From: an uncultured Actinomycetota bacterium
GTDB taxonomy: Bacteria; Actinomycetota; Thermoleophilia; RBG-16-64-13
Assembly: GCA_963843515.1 (NCBI GenBank)
Contig: CAWJKH010000005.1
Location: 60,874-124,873, forward strand
DNA: 64,000 nt
Direction of reading: 5' to 3'
Below, piece by piece: positions 1 through 7,843 of this stretch (position 1 is the first letter of the stretch; each line of letters begins with the position of its first letter). The position numbers and the translations under genes were made by a program. The notes under the pieces are model-generated. The model was not told where the DNA came from. It did not search any database and saw nothing but the letters and a program-made list of their open reading frames with translations.

Positions 1-909
1 GCGGTCGCGGATGCCTATGGCCGCGTCCTCGCGGGCCTGCCGGGCTGCTTCGAGCAGCTTCACATCGACACCAGACACGGGCGCACCCTCGCCCTTGCTG
101 CGGGTGACCGGGAGGCCCCGGCGCTGGTGCTTTTCCACGGCGCAACCGCAAATGCCCTAGCCTGGGCGGACGACATGCCGGTGCTGGCCCGCCGTTTTCG
201 CGTGTATGCCGTCGACACCCCCGGAGAGCCAGGGGGGAGTTGCCCCGATAGGATCCTGTGGACGGGGCCGGGGGTGGCGGACTGGGTAGGCGACACGCTC
301 GACGGGTTGGGCGCGGAAGCCGCGATCCTGGGAGGCTTCTCCCAGGGGGGCTATGTGGCCCTGCGTTTCGCGGCCGCTCGGCCGGACAGGGTGAGGGCGC
401 TGATGCTGCTCGCCCCGGCCGGGGTGACGGAAGTCCGGCGTTCTTTCGCGGCCAAGATGGTCTTGCTGGAGAGGTTCGGTCCCTGGGCGGGGAGGGTGTC
501 GGCGCGGGTGAGGCGTGGTTGGGGCGACCACCCCGACGCGGTGGATCTGGCGCCACTTATTGCGGCCCACTTCTGCCCCCGCGTAGATGCGATGCCACTG
601 CTGGCCGACGATGAACTGCGATGCCTGCAGATGCCGCTGCTGCTATTGGCGGGTGAACGCGACGCCGTCTTCCGGTCGGCAGAGTCGGTCGGCCGCGCGA
701 CCCGGGTCCTCCCCAATGCTGATGTCCGCCTACTCCCGGGCACGGGCCATACGATCGTGGGCGCGGCGCCGATGATGCTCGAGTTCCTGGAGAGGCATCA
801 GCTCGTAGGCGCACACGCCCCCGCGGTCGGCCCCTTCCGGCCGGGCGCCGCTCCAACTGCTGGCCCTTGCGCATCGCCCGAGGAGAGCGTTATACTGCTG
901 GCAATATAA
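1..909 (+). CDS. Alpha/beta-fold hydrolase, 5'-partial
   Basis: Frame is open from position 1. Motifs: LFHG oxyanion region, VDTPG, GFSQGG nucleophile elbow, GERD acid, GTGH catalytic His. Confidence 0.85.
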   Translation, partial: AVADAYGRVLAGLPGCFEQLHIDTRHGRTLALAAGDREAPALVLFHGATANALAWADDMPVLARRFRVYAVDTPGEPGGSCPDRILWTGPGVADWVGDTLDGLGAEAAILGGFSQGGYVALRFAAARPDRVRALMLLAPAGVTEVRRSFAAKMVLLERFGPWAGRVSARVRRGWGDHPDAVDLAPLIAAHFCPRVDAMPLLADDELRCLQMPLLLLAGERDAVFRSAESVGRATRVLPNADVRLLPGTGHTIVGAAPMMLEFLERHQLVGAHAPAVGPFRPGAAPTAGPCASPEESVILLAI

Positions 910-911
910 CC
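867..911 (+). promoter_or_regulatory. modA promoter overlapped by a ModE-like palindrome
   Basis: TTGCGC(867)-N18-TATACT(891). 24-bp dyad CGTTATAC-TGCTGGCAA-TATAACC at 888-911, with a similar copy before modB. Confidence 0.65.
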
Positions 912-955
912 CTCCGGTCGGGGGAGGCCGGACCGAGAAGGAGAAGAGGTAGTCC

Positions 956-1828
956 ATGCGTCATCGTCCATCCCGCGGATTCGTCATATGCGTCGCTCTT
1001 GCGATCCTGGTGCTCGTCTCCCTTGTCGTAAGCCTTGCAGGCTGTGGGTCGCAGGCAGCGACAAGCACCTCCACCGGCTCCGCCACCTCGGTCACTTTGG
1101 CCACGTCCACCTCGGTGGCCGCAGGATCTCAGGAGTTGACCGTTTCGGCCGCTTCCAGTCTCAAAGCCGCCTTCACCGAGATCGGCAAGTCCTTCGACTC
1201 AGCGAACGGCTCGAAGACCAACTTCAATTTTGACGCCTCGGGCACACTGCAGAAGCAAATAGAGGGCGGCGCCCCGTTGGACGTCTTCGCCTCGGCGGCC
1301 CTGAAGCAGGTAAGAGCCCTCCAGGACCAGGCCTTGGTGGATGCCGACTCAGTCCGGGAGTTCGCAGGCAACCAGATCGTGCTTGTCGTGCCGGCCGACG
1401 CGACCCTGGACATCACGAGCTTCCAGGACCTGACCAAGGCGGACGTCGAGAAGATCACCTACGGCGACCCGAAGGTCGCCCCTCACGGCGTGGCCGCAGA
1501 GGAGATTCTGAGCAAGTTGGGCCTCTCCGAGCAGGTCAAACCCAAGGTCGTCTACGCCACCAATGTGTCTCAGGCGCTGGCGTACGTCTCTGCCGGGGAA
1601 GTCGACGCGGCCATCATCTTCGCCACCGAGGCCATGGCCGGTGGCGACAAGATCAAAGTCATTGCCACGGCGGACCCGTCCTGGTACTCAAGAGTCGCCT
1701 ACCCGATCGCCATCGTCAGCGCCAGTGAGGCCAAGACCCTCGGCCAAGCCTTCATCGACTACGTCACGGGCCCGGGAGGCCAGACCGTCCTGGAGAAGTA
1801 CGGCTTCCTGCGAGCCCCGGCCCAATAG
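956..1828 (+). CDS. modA: Molybdate ABC transporter substrate-binding lipoprotein
   Basis: Lipobox LAGC, Ser/Thr linker, VSAASSL, ASGTLQKQIEGGAPLDVFASA, APHG, NVSQAL motifs. Adjacent to modB. Confidence 0.93.
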   Translation: MRHRPSRGFVICVALAILVLVSLVVSLAGCGSQAATSTSTGSATSVTLATSTSVAAGSQELTVSAASSLKAAFTEIGKSFDSANGSKTNFNFDASGTLQKQIEGGAPLDVFASAALKQVRALQDQALVDADSVREFAGNQIVLVVPADATLDITSFQDLTKADVEKITYGDPKVAPHGVAAEEILSKLGLSEQVKPKVVYATNVSQALAYVSAGEVDAAIIFATEAMAGGDKIKVIATADPSWYSRVAYPIAIVSASEAKTLGQAFIDYVTGPGGQTVLEKYGFLRAPAQ

Positions 1829-1890
1829 GCCGCACCCGCTCCCCCATGAGGAGAGGGCGGCGGGTCGACTCGCTCTCTCCGTGTTGCTTA

Positions 1891-1934
1891 TTGCAGGCTT
1901 TGCCGCCCGGCCTTATACTGCGGACGGTATAACG
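1891..1934 (+). promoter_or_regulatory. modB promoter overlapped by a ModE-like palindrome
   Basis: TTGCAG(1891)-N17-TATACT(1914). Dyad CCTTATAC-TGCGGACGG-TATAACG at 1911-1934. Confidence 0.65.
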
Positions 1935-1961
1935 CCGAACCCCCGTGTCGCAAGGTAGGTC

Positions 1962-2633
1962 ATGAGCGTTCTCTTCCCGCTCCGTCTTTCGTTGCAGGTA
2001 GCCGCGGTCTCGACGGTCTTCGCGCTGATCATCGGCGTCCCCTTGTCATACGTGCTCGCGCGCAAGCAGTTTCGGGGTAAGGAATTTCTGGACCTCGTTC
2101 TGACCTTGCCCATGGTGCTCCCCCCAGTGGTGACCGGCTACATCCTCCTGTTGCTCATAGGCAACAACGGGGTCATCGGCCGCGCATTCGAGGCGGTGAC
2201 GGGTCAACAGTTGGGGCTCGTGTTCACCTGGCAGGCGGCGGCGCTCGCCTCGTTCGTGGTGTCGTTCCCGTTCCTGCTGAAGACCGCCAGGGTAGCAATG
2301 GAAGCGGTCGACCAGAACCTTCTGAACGCCTCGTACACCCTGGGGCGGGGGGAGTTGTACACGGCCGCCCACGTGGTCTTGCCGCTCTCGGCGCGAGGCG
2401 TCATGGCCGGTGCCACCCTGGCGTTCGCCCGGGCCATGGGGGAGTTCGGGGCCACGATCATGGTGGCGGGCAACTTCCCCGGGCACACCACGACGATGCC
2501 CATCGCCATCTACTCCGAGACCATGGGCGGATCGTGGAGCTCAGCTTGGTGGATGGTGGCGCTGTTCGTGGTGGTGGCGGGAGTGGTGATGTACGTCTCC
2601 AACCGCCTCGCCCGGAAGGCCGTCAAAGCCTGA
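1962..2633 (+). CDS. modB: Molybdate ABC transporter permease
   Basis: LPMVLPPVVTGY, EAA-like loop, FARAMGEFGATIMVAGN, TMPIAIY motifs. Confidence 0.93.
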   Translation: MSVLFPLRLSLQVAAVSTVFALIIGVPLSYVLARKQFRGKEFLDLVLTLPMVLPPVVTGYILLLLIGNNGVIGRAFEAVTGQQLGLVFTWQAAALASFVVSFPFLLKTARVAMEAVDQNLLNASYTLGRGELYTAAHVVLPLSARGVMAGATLAFARAMGEFGATIMVAGNFPGHTTTMPIAIYSETMGGSWSSAWWMVALFVVVAGVVMYVSNRLARKAVKA

Positions 2634-2702
2634 GTGGTGGCTATGCCGGGGCCGCCGCCGCTCTGCGCCGGCTCGGCCGTCGAATCAGGCTTTCTCTGCC
2701 GG

Positions 2703-3533
2703 TCAGGTCCCCCGATACCCCAGAGCGACCGAGAGCTCCGCGGCCGTCCGCTTGACCGCCATCGCGTAGCTCTGCATCTGCTCCTCGCTACACCTTTCTG
2801 GAGGTGCCACCACGGAAAGCGAGGCTCGCAGCTGCCCGTTTTGGTCGAAGACGGGAGCGGCGACCGCCGGCGCGGTCTCGTTCCACTCTCCCCAGTCGTA
2901 GGCCACGCCTTCGCGCCGGATCTGCACGAACCTCTCCCTGAGCACCGCCGGGTCGGTGACCGTGTAGCGAGTGCGCGCCTGCTGGGGGGTGGCGAGCACT
3001 GTCTCCTCGGCGTGCTTGGGGCCGAAAGCTATGAGGATCTGGGCATCGGCGCTGGCGCTGCCCTGAAGCAGCATGCCCGCGAACGTCACGATCTGGAACG
3101 CGCGGGGAGTGGGCACGGTGTCGATGATCAGCGCGCCCTGATCGGCCCACACAGCGAGGCTGGACGACTCGGTGGTCTCCTCGGTCAGCCTGACGAGAAA
3201 GGGATGGGCGGTCCGGACCAGTTCCGAGTGCGACATTGCCAGGTAGACGGCGCGGAGCACTCGGGAGCCCAGATGATACTTGCCGGACACGGGGTCGTAG
3301 GCCAGCCAGTCGGCCGCCTCCAGGGTCTTCATCAGCCGCCTGGTGGTGGCTTTTGGCAGACCGGCCCGCTCTCGCAACTCCCTCAGGCTCCACTCGGGAT
3401 GATCGACGTCGAAGAGGCCGAGCAGGAACAGCCCCTTCTCCAGTGTGCGTGTGGGGGCGCCGCTGGGGATCTCGTCGTGGCTGTCAGGCTGACTGGCGAT
3501 GGTTCTGCCTCTCCTTTCGGCCGGGCGGCCCAT
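2703..3533 (-). CDS. IclR-family transcriptional regulator
   Basis: N-terminal HTH (TLEKGLFLL...GLPKATTRRLMKTL) and C-terminal effector domain (AVAAPVFDQNG...SLSV). Start is ATG 3533, or possibly ATC 3500, rather than 3671. Confidence 0.9.
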   Translation of the reverse strand: MGRPAERRGRTIASQPDSHDEIPSGAPTRTLEKGLFLLGLFDVDHPEWSLRELRERAGLPKATTRRLMKTLEAADWLAYDPVSGKYHLGSRVLRAVYLAMSHSELVRTAHPFLVRLTEETTESSSLAVWADQGALIIDTVPTPRAFQIVTFAGMLLQGSASADAQILIAFGPKHAEETVLATPQQARTRYTVTDPAVLRERFVQIRREGVAYDWGEWNETAPAVAAPVFDQNGQLRASLSVVAPPERCSEEQMQSYAMAVKRTAAELSVALGYRGT

Positions 3534-3557
3534 TCTTCGTCTCGCGGGGTCCAATCG

Positions 3558-3633
3558 TTGACACCATCGCCACGCCGGTGCTACGGTGTGATTCATATAA
3601 TAACGCAGGTGAGTCATAGAATGAACCACCTGC
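3558..3633 (+). promoter_or_regulatory. Promoter and probable IclR operator upstream of the solute-binding protein gene
   Basis: TTGACA(3558)-N18-TACGGT(3582) with extended TG. 29-bp imperfect palindrome GCAGGTGAGTCAT-AGA-ATGAACCACCTGC at 3605-3633, and a related site TTCATATAATAAC at 3592-3604. Confidence 0.6.
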
Positions 3634-3659
3634 ACCGGCCAATGAGTGGGAGGGGACCG

Positions 3660-5103
3660 ATGACCGAACACAACAACAGCGTCAGCCGGCGTGAGTTTCT
3701 AAAGATGGCGGGGATCATGGGGGCAACCGTCGGAGCCGGCGCCGGTCTCGGGGGACTCGTGGCCGCGTGCGGCGGCGAAGAGACCACGACCACCACCGCG
3801 GCTCCAGCAACCACCACCACCGCAGCAGCAGCGACGACGACCACTGCCGCGGCCGAGACCACCACCACCACCGCGGGTGTCGAGACCGGCCGCCCGGTCA
3901 AGGTCGGGTTCGTCGACCCGCTCACCGGCCCCTTGGCCGCTTTCGGTCTGGCCGGCGACTACTGTGTGGGCAAATGGAAAGCGGACACCGCCGACGGCGT
4001 TGTGCTGGGCGACGGCATGAACCACACCGTTCGAGATCCAGGTGGTCGACAGCCAGTCGGACACCAACCGTGCTTCGCAGGTCACTGCCGACCTCATCAA
4101 CAATGCCAAGGTCGACCTGGTCATGGCCGCGGCGACCGGCGACACGGTGGCGCCGGTCGCGGACATGTGCGAGGGCAGCGGCATGCCGTGCCTCTCCATC
4201 GACGTCCCGGTGGAAGTCTTCGTGTTCCAGCGCGGCGGCGCCCCGGACAAGCCCTTCAAATGGACCTACAACATCTTCTGGGGCCTCACCGAGCAGCAGA
4301 CCGTCGAGTGGGACATGTTCAGCCAGGTCGAGAACAACAAGAAGATCGGCGCCGTCTGGCCCAACAGCGGGCCGGGCAACGCCTACCGGTTCGCATACGG
4401 AGAGAGCAAGGACTGGCCGGCCAAGGGCTACACGTTCGTGGACGGCGGCACCTACGTTCAGCCGAGCGAGGACTTCACCAAGCAGATCACCGAGTTCAAG
4501 AAACAAGGGTGCGAGATAGTCCAAGGCGTGATGATCGACCCGGACTGGACCACCTTCACCAAGCAGTCCGCGCAGCAAGGCTTCAAGCCCAAGATCATGG
4601 AGGGCATCATTCCCACCGTGTTCCCGAGCAGCATGGAGGCCATCGGGCCGCTCGCTGACGGTCACTGCGGCGTGCAGTGGTTCCATCCCACCTTCCCGTT
4701 CAAGTCGTCTCTCACCGGCGCGACCTGCCAGGAGATGTGTGACGACTTCGAGAAGGTCAAGGGCATGCAGTGGCAGCAGAGCGTGATGCACTACGCGGTC
4801 TTCGAGTGGGCCGTCGACACCTTCAAGCGCACCACGAACATTGATGACAGAGAAGAGTTCATCAAGCGGGTGCAGGAGACCAAGATGGCCGACTCCCTCG
4901 CCGGCCCGATCGACTTCACAGTCCCGGTGCAGTGGGGGACATCGCATCCCACTCTGAACTGTGTCACCACTCCCACCTACGGGGGCCAGTGGCGGCTCTC
5001 GAACGGTGGCAAGTATCAGTTCGACCTGGTGGTGGTGAGCAACATCACCACACCGGTCGTCACGGTGCAGGACGAGCTCAAGCCTGTGAGCTGGGCCGGC
5101 TAG
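3660..5103 (+). CDS. ABC transporter substrate-binding lipoprotein (branched-chain/LivJ-like), Tat signal, one frameshift near 4027
   Basis: SRREFLK twin-arginine motif, VAAC lipobox, Thr/Ala linker, VKVGFVDPLTGPLAAFG. Removing one base near 4027 gives NHPFEIQVVDSQSD and joins ORF 4042-5103. Confidence 0.85.
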
Positions 5104-5123
5104 AGGGCGCCGCACATACGGAA

Positions 5124-5151
5124 GCCGTGGCGCGCTGGCGCGCGCCACGGC
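5124..5151 (+). terminator. GC-rich hairpin after the solute-binding protein gene
   Basis: Perfect 12-bp stem GCCGTGGCGCGC-TGGC-GCGCGCCACGGC. No strong U-tract, so it may be an mRNA-stabilising hairpin. Confidence 0.45.
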
Positions 5152-5251
5152 CGTTCCTTACAATACGGACCGTCGGCAGAGCTGGGTCCGGGCTTCAGCC
5201 CAGGCTTCAGAAGGGCGAAGCTTCGCGATGGCGATCAGGAAGGACAGCCTC

Positions 5252-7207
5252 ATGCAAACCAGTTTTCCGCGCCTGTTCGAACCTGGCCGGATCGGGGACG
5301 TCGCTCTCAAGAACCGCATCATCAAGGCGCCGCAGCACACTGGGCTGGCCAATCCCGACGGCTCTATCACCGGGCGCATGCTCCGGTACTACAAGGACGT
5401 GGCCCAGGGCGGCGCTGCTCTGATCGTGGTCGAATACGCCTGGGTGGACGAGGACGCCAGCCAAGCGTCCCCTTGCCAGCTCGGCATCGCCCGCATGGAC
5501 CACATTCCCGGGCTGTCCCTCCTGGCCGACACGATCAGGGCCAACGGGGCCAAGGCCGCCATCCAGATCTCCCACGCCGGGCGGCAGCGTTTTATCCTGG
5601 AGCAGCCCAAGGCCGCTTCCGACGTCCCCTGGCCGGAGATCACTGCCGCCGGCTGCCCCATCCCGGTTCCAATGACCCTGGACGAGATCGGCGGAGTGGT
5701 CAAGGCTTTCGGTCAGGCCGCCAAGCGGGCACAGACCGCGGGGTTCGACATGGTGGAGGTCCATGCCTGCCACGGCTACCTCATCTCCAACTTCTTCTCG
5801 CCCCATACCAACAAGCGCGAAGATTGGTACGGCGGCCCGCTCGAGAACCGTATGCGCCTGCTCCTGGACATCATCAAGGAGATCAAGGCTCAGGTGGGTC
5901 CGGATTACCCCGTCTGCGTGCGCCTGAGCGGAACCGACTACGAGCCCGACGGCCACACCATCGAGGAGACCATCGAGCTCTCCAAGCGTCTGGAGACCCG
6001 CGGCGTGGTGGCCATCCACATGTCCGGAGGCAACCATCACACCACTATCCACGAAGTCAGCCCCATGGGCATGTCCCTGGCCCACAACGTCTGGGCGGCG
6101 GAAGCGGTGAAGAAGCAGGTGTCGATCCCCATGATTGCCTCGGGGTCCATCAACCTGCCGGATCTCGCCGAGAGCATCCTCGCTGAGGGTAAGGGGGACT
6201 TCATCGGTCTGGGCAGGCCGCTCTGGGCCGACCCGCAGTGGCCGCTCAAAGCCAAGGAGGGCCGTCCCGAGGACATCAGGCCCTGCATCCGCTGCAACGA
6301 CGGCTGCCTTGCCCGAGGCGACCACATCGCCAACACGGTGGGCTGCACGGTGAACATCGCGCTTTGTCGCGAGGACGAGTTCGCCATCGTCCCCGCCCGG
6401 CACCCGATGCGGGTCGCGGTCGTCGGCGGCGGGCCCGCCGGCATGGAGGCGGCCCGCGTATGCGCCCTCGAGGGGCACGACGTCAGCCTCTACGAGAAGC
6501 GGGAGTTGGGCGGCGCCCTCCTCGAGGCCTCCATCCCGGATTTCAAGGCTCCGGATCTCAGGCCCCTGATGGAGTATTTCAAGACCCAAGTGCACAAGAT
6601 CGGGGTCAGGGTGATCGCGAAAGAAGCCACACTCGACGACCTCGCGGGCGGCGGGTATGGGGCCGTGATCGTAGCGACGGGCGCGACGGCCCTCGGGCTG
6701 GAAGATGTCCCCGGCATCGACGAGCCCAAGGTGGTCACAGCGGCCGATGTCCTGCACGGCCGGGCGATACTGGGCGGCCGGGTGGCCGTGATCGGAGGCG
6801 GCATCGTCGGCACCGAGGTCGGCTTGGTGGTAGCGGAAGGCGGCAGGCAGGTGACCTTCATCGAGATGCTCGACGAGTTCATGTGCAACATCACCTTCGA
6901 CGAGCGCCAGGTATACGAACTGCGCTTCAGCGATCTGGACGTGAGCATCAACACCGGCCAGCGGCTGGTGGAGGTCACCAGCACGGGCATCAAGACCGTG
7001 GATAAGCTGGGCGCGGTAACCGAGTTCCCGGTCGACTCCGTGGTGCTGGCTGCCGGCTTTCGGCCCAACCGGGAACTGATCGTAGGCCTTCAAGCATATC
7101 CGAAGATCCGTGTGGTAGAGGCCGGCGATTGCGTGCGGCCGCGCAAGATCTACGACGCCATCCATGAAGGGCACCTGGCAGCCAAACTGCTGGATGCCGA
7201 CATCTGA
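5252..7207 (+). CDS. NADH:flavin oxidoreductase (OYE barrel + 4Fe-4S + FAD/NAD domains; FadH/BaiCD-like)
   Basis: LKNRII, QISHAGRQ, HACHGYL, N.R.D.YGG.LENR, CIRCNDGC...C cluster motif, GGGPAG and GGGIVG Rossmann motifs. RBS favours ATG 5252 (ORF opens at 5228). Confidence 0.92.
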   Translation: MQTSFPRLFEPGRIGDVALKNRIIKAPQHTGLANPDGSITGRMLRYYKDVAQGGAALIVVEYAWVDEDASQASPCQLGIARMDHIPGLSLLADTIRANGAKAAIQISHAGRQRFILEQPKAASDVPWPEITAAGCPIPVPMTLDEIGGVVKAFGQAAKRAQTAGFDMVEVHACHGYLISNFFSPHTNKREDWYGGPLENRMRLLLDIIKEIKAQVGPDYPVCVRLSGTDYEPDGHTIEETIELSKRLETRGVVAIHMSGGNHHTTIHEVSPMGMSLAHNVWAAEAVKKQVSIPMIASGSINLPDLAESILAEGKGDFIGLGRPLWADPQWPLKAKEGRPEDIRPCIRCNDGCLARGDHIANTVGCTVNIALCREDEFAIVPARHPMRVAVVGGGPAGMEAARVCALEGHDVSLYEKRELGGALLEASIPDFKAPDLRPLMEYFKTQVHKIGVRVIAKEATLDDLAGGGYGAVIVATGATALGLEDVPGIDEPKVVTAADVLHGRAILGGRVAVIGGGIVGTEVGLVVAEGGRQVTFIEMLDEFMCNITFDERQVYELRFSDLDVSINTGQRLVEVTSTGIKTVDKLGAVTEFPVDSVVLAAGFRPNRELIVGLQAYPKIRVVEAGDCVRPRKIYDAIHEGHLAAKLLDADI

Positions 7208-7240
7208 GGAGAGGGCATCTCACAAGGAGGATGTGACACC

Positions 7241-7843
7241 GTGAGCGACTGGACCATAGCTGGCAAGCCGGCCCTGCTCGTCGTCCACATGCAAAACGCG
7301 GTCATCAAGACGCCGAGTCCACTGGAAGCGATGGGTCACGGCAAGGCCGCTCATGAAGAGGGAGTAATCGGCAACATCGAGCGTCTGGCGGCATCCTTTC
7401 GCGCCAAGGGCCTACCGGTGGCCTATTGTGTCGCCTACACGCCGGAAGACAGCAAGTGGCCGGCCTACGGCGGCTTCTGGCAGGGTTGCCAGGAGGTGAA
7501 GGTCAACCGCATGGGCACCTGGGACGTCGAGATCATCGACGAACTCAAGCCGGCGCTCGGCGAACGCATCTTCTACAACTGGCCCTTCAACGTGTTTGAG
7601 GGGACAGGTCTGGACGAATACCTGAAGAGTCAGGGAGTCGGGACTGTCATATTGACCGGGGTCGCCACAGGCATGTCGGTGGGGACGGCCGCGTGGGCCT
7701 TAGCGGAGCGCTTCTACAGCCTGGTCATCCCGGTCGACGCCACGACCGACGGCAATAGCGAGGTCCACAGGGTGGTCTGCGGGTCCATCCTTCCCGCTAT
7801 CGGCCTCGTCACTGCCACCAACGACGTCGTCGCCCATCTGTGA
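7241..7843 (+). CDS. Isochorismatase/cysteine-hydrolase-fold protein with a non-canonical triad
   Basis: ALLVVHMQN, GTWDVEIIDELKP, FEGTGLDEYL, LTGVAT..SV. His, Asn and Ser occupy the usual Asp, Lys and Cys positions. Confidence 0.85.
   Translation: MSDWTIAGKPALLVVHMQNAVIKTPSPLEAMGHGKAAHEEGVIGNIERLAASFRAKGLPVAYCVAYTPEDSKWPAYGGFWQGCQEVKVNRMGTWDVEIIDELKPALGERIFYNWPFNVFEGTGLDEYLKSQGVGTVILTGVATGMSVGTAAWALAERFYSLVIPVDATTDGNSEVHRVVCGSILPAIGLVTATNDVVAHL

Noticed and set aside
3783-3875. ACC/GCA trinucleotide-rich repeat
   Set aside because: It encodes the Thr/Ala lipoprotein tether with mixed codons, so it is not a contingency locus or CRISPR array.
4020-4045. Programmed frameshift in the solute-binding protein gene
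   Set aside because: No slippery heptamer is evident, and similar single-base indels occur elsewhere in the window.
2634-4658. 674-aa plus-strand ORF and other long shadow ORFs (e.g. 5207-7174, 19243-21039, 28731-30485, 32325-34313)
   Set aside because: Antisense or off-frame shadows of real genes in high-GC DNA, rich in Arg/His/Gly and without family motifs.
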